Positions 1 through 15,620 of a DNA stretch of 64,000 bases are shown here, in pieces (the stretch's first letter is position 1; each line of letters starts with the position of its first letter). Made by a program: the position numbers and the translations under genes. This DNA comes from Selaginella moellendorffii (lineage: Eukaryota > Plantae > Lycopodiophyta), in the NCBI RefSeq assembly GCF_000143415.4, contig NW_003314362.1, forward strand, positions 186,001 to 250,000, in the 5' to 3' direction. The notes below the pieces were generated by a model. That model was not told the origin of the DNA. It did not search any database and worked only from the letters and a program-made list of their open reading frames with translations.

Positions 1-2754
1 AAGAAGAAGCGGTTCTTGGTCGTGGAAAGAGGCAACGAAAAGTAATTTCATACAACGAATGTGCTGCTCCAAAGTCGAAAGATGTTTCTAGTGATGTAAG
101 TCTGTTTGCTTGCTTCAGTGCGCTGCTTGTTACACTGAAATTTACGCAGTCCGACGATATGGAGGAACCGGAGCCGGAGTATACTCCAGCTGGCCAAGCT
201 TTAAAGCTGAAACTGTAAGATTTACTTGCACTTCGTGCTCTCAGCTTGTCCATTTTTCTTTTTTGCAGTGCCAGGCTTCGAGCAAGGCAGAAAGCCCGCA
301 TAGCCCTTCGGTATGCAGCTCCTGCACATGTTGATGGTGTACCGTTTCTAGCTCCATGTCACTTCCGGGAAGCAGTTAACGAGCTGAAGCAACATGGAGG
401 CTGCCCAGACCTTAGGCCACCAGATATACTCTCGCGAAACTTCAAGGACTGTTTTCCTCTACCTGAACCGGTTGACGAGGCACTCATGCAGAAAGCTCTA
501 GCGTCAAGGTTGTCAAAAATGGGGGATGGCGTTTCAGATGACAGACTTCCGGTGGGCGACTTGAATCTGTTTCCCGGGAGCATGCCACCTTCTTTACCCG
601 ACGGTGTAAGCCAGGGTTCGACTTTCAGGCATCTGTTACCGCCGCTACCGCCGAAGACACCTTTCGCGGCTGGCTTCGTGTCCCAGGGCTTGCCAGTTCA
701 CTTTGAGAACCCAAGCAGAAGTTTTCTTCATGGTCCGTTTGCCCAGTCGAAAGCTGACGTTTTGGAGAACAGTGACAGGATTCGCGACGCTGAAAAGAAG
801 TTTTCAGTTGATCTTTCCTCCCTGGACGCATCAAGGCAGGCAGACGAGGGGCGCCAAAGCAATCATGTTGATCTGAATAAAGACGCTGTAAGTTCTTTGG
901 CTTTTTTCTTCTCTCATTAATTCCTATGTTCTTTTTGTGCAGGCCACAAAACGTGACGATAGTTCCCCTTTTGAACCAAAAGTGCCACCATTGGAACAGG
1001 GACAAAGTAATCTGTCCATGTCTCTCACACTTGGCAATGCAGCGGGAGAAGGGACGCCTTACAAGCTGCCGGGAAAGTTTAGCTTTAGTGACAAGGAGGC
1101 AAGGATAGATCCGGCGGCACTACAACTCGAGCCTGACTATATCGGAGGCTTGAAACAGGCTGGTGGTCGATCAGATTCATGGACAGAGGACGAACTGGAT
1201 GCATTGTGGATTGCAGTGAGAAGGCATGGCAGGGGGAACTGGATGAGTATGCTACAGGATCCTAAGCTATGCTTCTCGAAGCGCAGGACTGTCATCGACT
1301 TAGCAGAGCGTTGGCAAGCGGAGGAAGCAAAGTTGCTGGGAAAGCATGAAGGCCAGGAACTGGAGCGTTACTCGAAACCGAAGAGAGACAGGCGCAGGCA
1401 CAGGAAAGACAGGCCAGAGCATGGCAAGTTTTCTCCGTATGAGTTCCGGAGCAAGGCTGCCATGCGCAGTGGAGTCAAGGAGCTGTCGAAACTGGTTCCA
1501 AACTTCGCGGACTTCAACTTTCCGGGGCTGCGGGAACGTCCAGGTCCTTTTGACAGGCCCGAGCTTCCGACCGGTGTTCTTGACAAGTTTCACGAGTCTC
1601 CTCCAGGTCTTTACGGAGCTCCGCAGCTGCCTAGCTTCAACTTCGATGGCACAGGAATGGCTCCTCCTCCACTTCCTCCTCCGCTACCCTTGAAACAATC
1701 CAGCGGCGGAGGCGGGGGTGGCGGCGGCGGTGGCCAAAGTTCTACCGCAGAAAAGCCGTCGAAGCTGCCGCATTGGTTAAAGGAAGCTTTCAGCGTGGCA
1801 CCAGCGCCAGAGGCGTCATTGTCGCCTCACGTAGCAGCAGTGGCTCAAGCGGTGTCAATCCTTCACAAGAATCACAAGCCGCTTTTAGCGCCCTGGACAC
1901 ATTCGTGGCACCCGCTCGTTCCACCCCGGGAGCTTCCAAAGCGCAAGAAGAAGAAGAAACACCGGAGCCACGAGCAAGTCCCTGCCGAGGTTGGAGGAGG
2001 CGGCGGGGTGACACCACCGCCACCATTGCCACCATTACCAGCGTTACCAGCGTTACCGCCACCACCACCCGGTCCAGGAGCTCAAACTTCAGGTACTCAC
2101 TTCCAACCTGTACATTTACCATCCTTCTCGTTCTCTAGGAGCTTACTAGAGCCTCTCCCGTTAATCCCTCCAGTCCCGTTGCTCTCCTCCGACTCCGATC
2201 TTAAACACAGGACTAGTGGTAGCAGCAGTAGTGCTAGAGCAGCTCCATTTTTCCCAGAGCTCTTCCCTCCTCCTAATTATCCTCCTCTTCCTCCCTTTCG
2301 ATCCAAGTTCCTGGATGGTCCTCCCGAGAGTAGTAGCTTAAGGCCGGAAGTCCCCCAGTTTCTACCACAGCAGCACAACAATTTTGGTTCATCGAAGCAC
2401 AGACGCAGAGATAGTCACAGGCGCAAGCATCAGGTTGACACCACTAGCAGATCGTCGGATCGAGCAGAGCTGCCACCTTGGTTGATGTCACCGCCACCTC
2501 GGCCGCCACCACCACCACCACCACCACCAAGTTTCCAATCCACAGCAGCAGCAGCAGCAGCAGTAGCAATGCCGGAAGTAGCAGCGGTGGAGAGACGAAG
2601 AAAGGCTCAAGCAGGGACTAGAGATCATGGTGACGGTGACGATTCATCCAGTGACACTCACTCGGACCCGGAGATCCGGAAGAATGGAGACGAGGACGTG
2701 GATGGCTTCCTCGAGGTGTCGTCCGAAGGAACAGTCTCGGACAACCAGCGATAG
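1..2754 (+). CDS. CHD3-type chromatin remodelling factor (CHR4/PKR1-like), 3' part only; exons <1-95, 150-214, 269-887, 943-2754
   Basis: The spliced peptide reads EEAVLGRGKRQRKVISY ... EPEPEYTPAGQALKLKLARLRARQKARIA, then a SANT/Myb-like motif WTEDELDALWIAVRRHGRGNWMSMLQDPKLCF, LPHWLKEA and a terminal SSEGTVSD. These are typical of the plant CHR4 C-terminus. GT-AG introns at 96-149, 215-268 and 888-942 keep the frame. Confidence 0.88.
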
Positions 2755-3164
2755 GAAAAAAAACGAAGAAGAAACATTCGAGATTTTACGGGAGATGTTA
2801 GGAAACCTCTCTTCTCTCTGGCGCGGGCGCATTGCTATCTAAGATTTGATTGATTCTAGTGGAAAGCTTTTTGCTTAGAAATGGATGATTGATTGATAGA
2901 AATCGGCCTCAAGCTTTGTCAAAGGACACCACAAAAAAATCGATTGATTGATTGATTGATGGACGACATCATAGCATTCGATCCGCCGTTCCAATCCAAT
3001 GACCAGATTAGATGAGGACGCATTGAATTCGCATTCAAACCGCGAGCTTCACCGCGCCTTCTCAAACTTCGTCTTCTCCCCAAGAACCCTAAAATGGAAC
3101 TTTTTAAATTAAAACGGATGAGTACAGCTGGACATAACACGTGGCAATATACATTACTTGGCAG

Positions 3165-5047
3165 CTAGATCTGCTGACTGTACAGGTGACGTGGCAGCCT
3201 GGGCCTAGCGAGCGCGGTGAGCGCCTGAGCCTTCACCATCTTCCCGGGCGCGCGCTCCATGCTGAGATTCGCAGGCACCTCCCAATCGAAGGCGTGCACG
3301 AGATTGGCGAGCGCGAGGAGCACCATAGTGAGCCCCAGCGACGCCGCCGGGCACATCCGGCGCCCGGATCCGAATGGGATGAGCCGGCACTCGGGATCGC
3401 CGAATTCCACCACGGCGCCCTCGCCCAGCCCTCGCAAGTGCCGCTCCGGATCGAATTCGTGCGGCCTCTCCCACACCTGGGCGTTGCGATTGAGCGCGAA
3501 GACGTTGATGAGCACGCGCGTGTCCTTGGGGATCCCGTAGCCCGCCACGACCGCGTCCTCCATGGCGAGGTGGGGGATGAGGATCGCGCCCACCGGGTGG
3601 AGGCGGAAGGACTCCTTGAGCACCGCGCGGAGGAGCCGGAAGTGGGCGAGGTCGGACTCGTCAACGAGACGGTCAACGCAGACGACCCGGTCAACCTCTT
3701 CTCGGACCCTGGCCAGGAGGGCCGGGTCGCGGAGGAGCTCGGCCATGGCCCATTCGCACGACACGCCCGGGGTGTCCGTACCTGCGGCCATCATATCCTG
3801 GCCCAATCAAGAACAAGCACACACACAGAATTAGAATATTTTCCAATCGAAAGAAGCGGGGGATCGATCGCTACCTAGGCCTAGGGATGCGATCGACCTA
3901 GCAGGAGGGAGGGATCGAGAGGCGCTGGAGTGGATGGATCGATCGGCGCTTGCGCGGCCAGGGATTGGATGATAGATCGCTATATAGATCAAGAAATATC
4001 AAGATCAAGAATGTGGGAATGTTCTTGCAAGAACAGGGAAAGGGAAGAGGAGGATCTTGATCTTACCACCATGACGGCCTTCATCACATCCTCGGGGAGA
4101 TGCGGCTCGCCATTCTCGCCGCGCAGATTGACAAGGATATCGACGAAGCTCTCCGGCTTCTTGCCAATGCGCGGCGCCAGTTCCAGCAGCAGCGCCGTGG
4201 CGAGGCCATCAATGTGCCGCATGATCTGTTTCATCCGCCGCTCCTGCCCCTGGAGATCCAAGAATCGCAGGAAGGGCAGATAATCCGAGATGTTGAAGCC
4301 GTTCATCATCAAGATCCCCTCGGCGATCATCGCCTTGAGCTCCGCGCCCACCTCGGGCCCCGGATCGCCAGGCCCGAAGTAGCGCTTGCCCAGGAGCATC
4401 CGCGTCATCATGTTGCTCGTCAGCCCATTGAAAGCGTCGCGGAGGTCCACCGCCCGGCGATCCACGGCCGCGTCGAGTATGAGCCCCAGGGTGTGGATCA
4501 TCTCCATCCTGCGCAGGCGCTGGAAGCTATCCACGCTCTTGGCGGAGAAGAGCTCCAGCGTGCAAATCTTGCGCATGTTCCTCCAGTGGGCGCCGTAGGG
4601 AGCGAAGCCGATGTCCTTGCCGCCATAGGTGAGGAGCTCCGCGAGGATCACATTGCCGGGGCGCGACGCGAAGATGTGGTCCTGGATCTTGAGGAACTCC
4701 TTGATGATCGCGGGATCGTCCGAGACGACGTGGGGGATGGCGCCGAGGCGGAGATAGACGAGAGGGCCGTAAGCCCGCGTGAGCTTCATCATCCCTTCGT
4801 GGGGGACGGTGCCTACGTCGAGGAGATTGCCGATGATTGGCCATCCTCTCGGCCCGGGAGGAAGAGGAGGCGAGCTCGAAGAACTAGAGCCGGAGCTACT
4901 AGAACTGGACGAGGATTTCCTCCTGGCTCCTCTGGAAGAAGGGAGATTCAAGAGAAGTAGCAGCAGCACTAGGAGCGATCCCGCGACGGCCAACTTGAGG
5001 TAGAGCTCCGGAGTGGAGGAGCTCAAGAGCTGTGGGATTTCCACCAT
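3165..5047 (-). CDS. Cytochrome P450, A-type, CYP703-like; exons 5047-4067 and 3797-3165 (537 aa)
   Basis: N-terminal membrane anchor, LPPGPRGWPIIGNL, I-helix AAGTDT, ExxR (KESFR), PERH and heme motif FGSGRRMCP. One phase-0 GT-AG intron at 3798-4066. TRMLLGKRYFGP, GENGEPHL and PRLPRHLY recall CYP703. Confidence 0.9.
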
Positions 5048-5794
5048 GGCGAGAGGTCGATTGACCGTGGAACTCTCACAGGATTTCGCTCGTAAGTTAT
5101 ATCTATCTCTCACTCTTTTGCTCTACAGATTGTTCTTCCAGGACTTTCACTCACACTCGCGACACTTCATCATCCAGGACGGCCGTAGACACACACGACA
5201 CGATTTCCTCGATGGAAGCCTCTGACGTGATTTACAGTAACGCAGCGGCTATTGTTGCGGCTATTTGTTGCGGCCTCCAAGAGCCAGTCAGGGTTTTTTC
5301 AACGGGGTTTAAGTGACACAACGCACGAATGCGAGAAAAACTTTCTCATTTGTTCTCTTGTGTATTTCCAAGTTCTAATGGTTTTCTTAGTTGCCTTACT
5401 TTTAGGTGCACCGACTCAAGAAGGTGCGCAATTAATCAGATTATTCGTACTTTACTGTTCGATCCGTTTGACACCACTGCTGCGCAGAAACTTTTATGAA
5501 GGACGACTCTTTCGGCTTCGGTTTAACATACGAAATTTTTATTCGGGATCCCAGCACCTTTTTTTCCTTTTTTTTCTAGCTGGGATGCCGTAGCTGCTGG
5601 CTGTTTGCCCGGATAAATTATTTCTACCTCCCTGCAAAGAGAAGAGGCTAAACAAATAAAATAATCTCATGTCTCATCGTCTGTCTCTCAATTCAAGCCT
5701 GCGTGAGTATGTTCTTGAGAACTTACCTGTGGAATCCACTGCAAAAATCTGTTTTTGTCATCCGGAGATGGTGGAATCGCGAACCTTGCTGCGG

Positions 5795-7008
5795 CTATGG
5801 TACCATTCCCTTGTTTTCTACGTTTAGCGCAGCCAAGAGCCTGGGCCAGGTCTCGGGAATTCCTCCACACACATCAAAGTCCTGGAGTTTGTTTCGCTCG
5901 CGATAGTAATCTTCTACTGGTTTGGACTGCAAGCCAAAGATCAAAACTTTGATGAGTCCAAAGGAGAAATAGAGAAGAAAAAAAGCGTTTTTTCCATACC
6001 TCTGCCGCATATATACGCAATCGCTCTCGCACTACTTCTTCAGTATCGTCTGTTCTGACCGTGAGAGTTGCGGCGCACGCCGGAGGTGGCAACAAAGGTG
6101 GCATAAACACTCTGGGAGAGTCCTCCGACTGCTCAACGTCGATCTTGGCGACGTTGTAAGTGCCACCGCAGTGGCTGCAAATTCTCCTCCCCAAGCACTT
6201 GAGCACGAGAACATCCTCTCGGAGCTTCAAGTTTACCACCAAATCGATTTCGACAATGTCGTCTAAAGCTTTCTGCAAAGAAAGCAAAAGTAATCCCATG
6301 AGAATGAAACAAAGAACTAGGTAGAACAATAGAAAGAAAGAAACCAAAATACCGACCGCTTGGATTGTGGTACGAGGAAATCCATCCAAAATAAATCCCG
6401 CCTCGTTGCTCAAAGCCCCTTGCTCAAACCGGTTCTTTAACATGGCAAGAATAATCTCGTCCGGCAGCAACTTCCCTTGGGCCATCAACGCGGACATCTG
6501 CCACAATATGAAACTTTTTTTGCTCAGCTCAGCTAGTCTCTAAATCCACGAGCACTGTATGCCACCAGAAAAAAAAAATGGAATTTTTAGCAACACATGG
6601 CAGGAAATTCTTGCAAACTCTAGACATCTAGCAAGAATTGATACGCTAGATGCAAAGAACACCGACCAAGGAAGCTACACAACTTACCTCTCTAGCGAGA
6701 GGAGTGGATTGCTTGAGCTCCTGCCTGACCAAGTCGCCCATAGCAATGTGAGGCACTGCTAATGTGGTTGCCAGGCGGCTGGCATAGGTTCCCTTACCAA
6801 CGCCAGGGCAGCCCAAGAACACCCATTGCAAGCTCCGAGCAGTGCTCACCACAGCTGCCGCGTCTTCCTTGTGCTGCTCCTCCACCACACGGCGAACCAC
6901 TGGAATGTAGGAGGAAGAATCGAGCTCCAGCGCCGATTGCGATAGGGCGCGCCCAGCGTGGATTCCTAGGAGGCGGCTAGATCTCCTTGCCGTGATGAGG
7001 GCGGCCAT
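5795..7008 (-). CDS. ADK: Adenylate kinase, probably organelle-targeted; exons 7008-6688, 6497-6357, 6272-6000, 5926-5795
   Basis: P-loop FLGCPGVGKGTYA, HIAMGDLVR, FILDGFPRT and LID CLGRRICSHCG, with an Arg/Ser-rich N-terminus. Three phase-0 GT-AG introns. Confidence 0.93.
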
Positions 7009-7269
7009 GGGATCGATCTCGGCAGCTCGCCTGCCCTAGAATACCGGCGCAGCGTCGAAATATCTGTGGCCGGCGCTGGCGGGAATCGAACGCCGGATGG
7101 ATCCATTGGTGGAAAGGTGGATATGCTATTTCCTTGTTGGGGATATTCTCTGTTTCGCTGGCGGGAATTGAACACGTAGCGTCGTCCATGGCATGAGCAA
7201 AACAACGCTTGTATTTAGGTAGCACACGCTAATGATCGATTGATCGATCGCTCTGATCGAGCTCACATT

Positions 7270-8950
7270 CTAGCTGACATTCTAAAGCGTGCACGATATA
7301 AGGATCCAAGCGCAACTTGCCGGTGCATCTATGACGAGGACGCAGCTACTGTGGAGCGCATCGTTACTCCCTGCTTGCAATGTCCCAAGGTTTGCTTTGA
7401 TTCCTTTTATGATCTGCTTTTACTTTAGCCGCGTGGAGATCCTAAGGTACAACAAGTGGCTTGGTTTCACTCCAGGTGAAAGAGATCATCACCATTTGCG
7501 ACATCCTGTCCATTTTTCTCAGGAACTTCAGGTGTCAATTTGATGTAGAATTCTCGACACATTGTTTTCTCCTGACACGAATTAAATGCTGCTTGTTTGT
7601 GGTTGTAGGAAAGCGAGTTCTAGATGATTTACGTTCGTACCCGGATCCCACTATGAAAGTATGTCACTCTTCTGGAGCTACAGGTAATTCATTGCTCTTG
7701 TAAGTTCACGTATTTTTTATAAGCAACTTGCAGGAACGAAATGAATAGCTGTTTCTATACGCCGATTGTAGGTGAGGCGTTCGAAACATACGGGCTTATA
7801 TACAGTATCAGTTAAACGAGAAGTATGTTGTGTTAAACTTTGGAGAAATGAACAGGGGCGGACGCTCTTCGAAACTGGCTGTACATTGTTGTTACTGGCG
7901 GGGAGCGTATTCTAGGTTTAGGAGAGCTCGGAATCCAGGTTTCTTTCTTCGTCACAAACTTTGGGTGACGAAGATCACCAAGTGCAGTATATAGAGCCAA
8001 TTTCCGGATTCGAACCTGAAGGAAACTTCTTTGGTAATGTTGATTGTCAGCCTAAAATTTTTACTTGTTACGCCTCCCGATGGTTTCAGAGGTTGGAACA
8101 AATAACAAGGACCTTCTGAATGATCGTTTCTACATCGGTCTGAAACGAAAGCGAACTGTCCATTACATTGTTTTAAGCTAGGAATATGACAGCCTGCTTG
8201 ACGAGTTTACGAGTGCTGTGAAGCAGGAGTATGGCGAAGGCGTTCTTGTGCAGGTATGATTCATTGTCATCTTTCTTGCTTGTTACACTAATGTGCTGTT
8301 GTTTGTCACCGAGGATCAGAAGCCTAATTGACTTAATTGACGATCAGAAGCCTAACTGACAAGGCTGTTGTGAGTTTGAAAATTTTCCTAATCAGAATGC
8401 TTTCAGGTTCCTTGCAAATTATTCAACAATGCACCTTTTTTCAACATTCAGGTGAAACTTTGACGAGATAACATGGCAAAACGAAAAGCTGTTCTTTTCC
8501 TTGATGCAAGGGACTGCTGCTGTGGTTCTTGGGGACTTCTGATTGCGGCTGTGAATATTACAGGAACAAAACGGACTTATTTGCTGGTGCGGGAGAGGTG
8601 TTGTTGTCCTCTTGCCAATGGACTTTTCTTTTCCTGTCGTAGACAGGATCGGGAATTGCAGAAATTATTGCTCTCCACATCTTGAAAGAGGTAAAAGTGT
8701 CCCTGTATTGTTCTCAGAATGGAGATCGCTGACCTAGAAGAAGCAAGGAACATTTCTTTTACAGTCCATAACTTATGAGTTGTGTGTTGGAATTGCTGGA
8801 GTGGGTTTTTGAGATTCATAAATTTTCAATTGTAGCAAATAATTCTTTCTCGGAGGTTAGAGGCGCTCAAATACCCACAGGGACGTGCCATTTTTGCGAG
8901 TGGGAGCCCATTCCCTCCTGTCGAAATGAATGGGAAGACAGGCCAGGTAT
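7270..8950 (+). pseudogene. NADP-malic enzyme pseudogene, a deletion-riddled paralog of 11128-13894
   Basis: Colinear matches to the intact gene, e.g. GAGGACGCAGCTACTGTGGAGCGCAT, GAGCGTATTCT..GGTTTAGGAGA, GACCTTCTGAATGATCGTTTCTACATCGGTCTGAAACGA and GTCGAAATGAATGGGAAGACA. Many short deletions, frameshifts and lost exons. Confidence 0.9.
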
Positions 8951-9049
8951 GTATTGGAAGTCATTGTTTTTTCTTCTTATTACATTAATCACATCGTTTT
9001 CCAGCTGAGAGAAATTTCAGATTCTGTATCTTTTCCTATGCCCTTTTAC

Positions 9050-10187
9050 AGGTGCTTATCAATTCTTCCAGCGAGGAGGCGGTGTCTACCCTCTACCGCT
9101 GAGGCTCCCAGATGAGCGAAGATATCAACAAGTCTATGCGCCCTTGCCAACACGGTGCATGCGTCCAGCACCCTTCCAGGCCTTCGCCTGCCTGCTTGGT
9201 TGATTCTCCTGGCACGACGCCAAGTCGCCCTTGATCGAGAGCAGCCGCGAGGCGAGCAACGCGTGGCTTGACTTTGGCATGGCTGCTCTCGCCTTTCCAC
9301 CATTCGACGGGCGCCCGGAGAGACTCGTTACGCACTACTACCCGGGGATCCATTGCCCCCAGATTCCGTTTTGTTCGCAAGGGCCTGTTCAGGTGAGCCA
9401 TGCTGCGTGATAGGATACTCGAAACGAGAAAGCGCTGATGGATGGCTTTGCAAGGTACTACTAGAGGCTCATTATGTTTGTTTTTCCTAAACTAGTAATA
9501 AACTCCTCACTGCTTAATTATCTGGTTACAGGCCGAGATGCTGCGCTTTGGTTGTGGAGCTTTTTCAACAGTGCTACTGATGAAGTGGAATGTCATGTAT
9601 ACCGCTGGTGTTCGTAGCCGCTGCGTTGTCTATTCACCCACCCATGAGCAAGTCTGTACGTGTGCCTTCCTTTGCTGTGTCTAAACATGTTGTGCCGTTG
9701 TCAGGAGATCGTAAGTTTTCCACAAGTGTGCTGCGCGATTACTGCAATCCTCATAATAATCCAGAGGCGGGGACATGGTGGTAATCACCAAGACAAGTAT
9801 CTCCAGTCTCCAGCCATTGAGACGCACAGGCAAGTGTGCTAAACTCATTCCTGTTCTGGTTTGATATAACTTTTATTTCATGCAGTTTGAAGTAAGCATT
9901 TGTCATGCTGCCCAGATATCTACAGTAAGCGAGCTACTGATCAAGTATTTGACGGTCTTTTTCTTTTCTTTTCTTTTTTTTTCTCCAGTGGTCCAGAGGA
10001 GATGGGCATGCTGTATGGGGGACTGAAACTGGTACGTTTTCGTTTTAACGCAGAGCTTGAATTATAAAGCATGCAGGGCAAGGACTTGTGCGAGATCTGT
10101 ATGAGTATTCTCCTTTACCGCGGGATGAACTGTGAGGATGTGACTACACCGCTCGCTCTTGGCAAAGTCAAGGCTGGAAACCGGTAG
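9050..10187 (+). pseudogene. Unidentified multi-exon gene remnant
   Basis: Several short GC-richer blocks bounded by ..ttacag/..tgcag acceptors and gtgag/gtaag donors, with in-frame stops. Family not recognised. Confidence 0.3.
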
Positions 10188-10417
10188 AGTTTTCAAACAT
10201 CAAGTTAGTTATTTTCATGATGATTATAAAAAGTTTTTCCTTGCTTCTCCCAAAATCGAATGAAATATTTCATAATCAAAAACTGCCACCCCAACATTTA
10301 ATACGATCAGAAAACCATTTCTCCAGCTCCTGTGCAAGCAAATCGATCCCTCCTCTCTTTTCTTTCATGCTATAGATCGATCCCAGGTGCGATCCTCTAG
10401 ATTGAATGAGGCGCGAA

Positions 10418-10880
10418 GCAATCCAGTCGCCTCACCTGGAGCCACGGCAGCACAATAGTCCTCCAGCTCCCATTTCCCCATCGAGCAGAGTTGCCACCTT
10501 GGTTGAACTTTGGTTCCACCACGGGGCATCCACAGCAGCGGCAGTGGTAGCAATGCTGGAAGTAGCAGCGGTGGAGAGATCAAGTACGAGCGAACCCGGA
10601 GATCCAGAAGAATGGAGACGAAGGCTTCCTCGAGGTAGCTCGGACAACCAGGGATAGAAACATCTCGCCCATCAATCTGATTAGACGATAAGTCCTTTGC
10701 TAGGTAGATTATCACAGCAGAAAGAAATCGATTGGCTGATTGATGGATGGATTTCCAATCCAAAAGATTGAAGAGGAATGTGATGAGGACGCATTTCAAA
10801 CCGCGCGCAAGAGCACTACAGCTAGACATTCCACGTGGAATTTTGGCTGACTGTACAAGAGACGTGGCAGACTGGGCCTA
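10418..10880 (+). pseudogene. Heavily condensed relic of the CHR4-like last exon, the intergenic region and the CYP703-like 3' end
   Basis: Ordered matches to ~1820-3208: ATCGAGCAGAG.TGCCACCTTGGTTGA, GTAGCAATGC.GGAAGTAGCAGCGGTGGAGAGA, CCCGGAGATCC.GAAGAATGGAGACGA, GATGAGGACGCATT and CTGACTGTACA.G.GACGTGGCAG.CTGGGCCTA. Confidence 0.85.
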
Positions 10881-11127
10881 AATAGCCCTTTTCTTTTCTT
10901 GTCGTGGATATTCTCTGTGTCGCTGGCGGGAACCAAACACGTAGCGTCCATGGCGTGGTCGAATGGTGGACACGTACGAGCAAAACAAGCAATGCTTGTA
11001 TTTAGGTCGCGAAGGAGCGCCTCGTGTCTACACCTTTTTCTCATCGCTAGGTACACACTTTTTCGATTGATCGGTCGATCGATCGCTCTGATCGAGCTCG
11101 CATTCTAGCAGCGCCCGAGGTTTCGCG

Positions 11128-13894
<2,767 letters not shown>

Positions 13895-14039
13895 ATTAAG
13901 CACTATAAGTTATGTAAATAAGAATGCTGTGGTTTATCGATTCTTCCATAAGCCAACTCATGGATGGGGGAGTTCATGGAATTGGATTAGCATTTGTCAG
14001 TGGCATGCATTGCGTATTATCCGGGCTACACTAAAAACA

Positions 14040-15620
14040 AATAAAAATTTAATCGGGTCTCTACCTGTGGTTTCGAACCTGTGACCTTGCCAATAAATTT
14101 CTTTATTCTAGCCAACAGGTTCCCGTCCAAATTGTACATTAATAGCTCTTTAACGTGCTTTTGAATGAATGGCACGGGCGCTCATTTCTTGTTTTGTATC
14201 AATCGTGTGCAAATTCTGGGCTCGCGCAAATGTTTCCGAAGCGTTACAAGCCTCTCTCCTCGGTCATGGTTCCAGGATTTGTATTGGTGGATGGTTGCTC
14301 AAACTTTGTTTTGCGGAACAAATAAGTTTGATTTGATCCAGGCACCCTCTTGAAGAGCACCGGTGCGTTCTACCCAAGAGATTCGAGTTGCAAGGCATCT
14401 GAGTGCTGGAAGTTGGGGTAATTGTTTCTCTCTTCTTTGCAAGATGAAATCCTCGGGGAGCTTAATTCACCAATTTGATGCATGTTCCTAAAGAAAAACC
14501 ATATTCAAAACCATGAATTTAAATACTCACTCGCAAAACTCTTGTTGCATCAGTGATTCTTTTCTTTCACTGTATTCTATGTGAGAGCCTTGATCGAGAA
14601 TCAGGTGAGAGCAGAAAAAGGCAACAATTTCTCAAGTTTCAGAAGAGATTGATAGCTGGTGCCAGATAAAAGAAAAAGCATGACAAGCGAGGGGACAAGG
14701 ATCTGCGATGTTCGAAGAAGGCTCCTGGGTACGTTAAGCCACTGCGAGCGTCGTAAGGGACAAGGAGAAGGTTTAAAGCGTAACTCCGCTAGCCTAGTCA
14801 CAACCACAAGCTTAGGAGAACGCAATGCACTCGACACATCCCTCAGTGAAAATCGAAAGGTGGCGAAGATGAGAAATCAAGCTCAAGACAGTCTCTTGTG
14901 CGTTCTTGAGCAATCTAGTCAAGAGTATAAGCAAAGAGCACGACAAGAACCATACATACCACCTTAAATCACAAAAGCAATGCTTACTTTACGAGGTATT
15001 GTTTGAAGGCTTGTCTTGGATTGAGCCGGACCGAATCATCCAGCCAAGCGCGGCAGACAAGCGCTGCTCGGGTGAGGAGCTTCCTTGTTGGAATGCGAGC
15101 GAAAGTGCAGAGCAGCGTATTGTTATCCAGGTCGCCAATGGTGGTAGCGTCCTCTGCTATCGCTGTCCTTGCGCCATTTGCTATTTTGACGAAGCTTACA
15201 TGTAGTTAATGAATGGTTCCATCGCATTGTTCTTGACGACGAGGAGGAGACGCTGCTCCGATCGTCATAGATTCCTCGCGAATTTCGTCATGGAAATGTA
15301 TGGAAAGTGCAGGCGCGCCGCGGATGCCTTGGGTGTCTTCCACAAAATGGAAGATGGAATTGTTTTCTTCTGGAACGCATTTGCCCACAGCAGGGAAATG
15401 CCGGAAGTTCTGGTGCTCTTTCGGCAAATGCTCGTCGATCGAATTCTTGCAGCTGTCAATGGCGATGTGGCGGAGATCCATGCGCGACAAACACCGGTGA
15501 GAAACACATGGTGAGAAACACCGGGAACCTCGACTTAAGTAGGCAGAACAGGCCTGGTTGAAAGACTACTGCTGGAGGGTAAGTATGGACACATCAACCA
15601 CGGCTTTGGAGGAGGCGATA
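14040..15620 (+). repeat. Older diverged copy of the array-unit segment 24460-26000 (tRNA-like element, START-gene 5' region, F-box fragment, PPR fragment)
   Basis: Colinear with 24460-26000: TTCGAACCTGTGACCTTGCCAATAA, GTTTGATTTGATCCAGGCACC, GTGAGAGCCTTGATCGAG and GATTCCTCGCGAATTTCGTCATGGAAATGTATGGAAAGTGC. More substitutions than between array copies. Confidence 0.85.
15209..15514 (+). pseudogene. PPR protein fragment
   Basis: RFLANFVMEMYGKC...ALGVFHKM...VFFWN...LVLFRQM is a PLS-class PPR motif; the fragment is truncated. Confidence 0.75.

Noticed and set aside
3141-4960. Plus-strand 245 aa and 286 aa ORFs
   Set aside because: They are antisense shadows of the GC-rich P450 exons.
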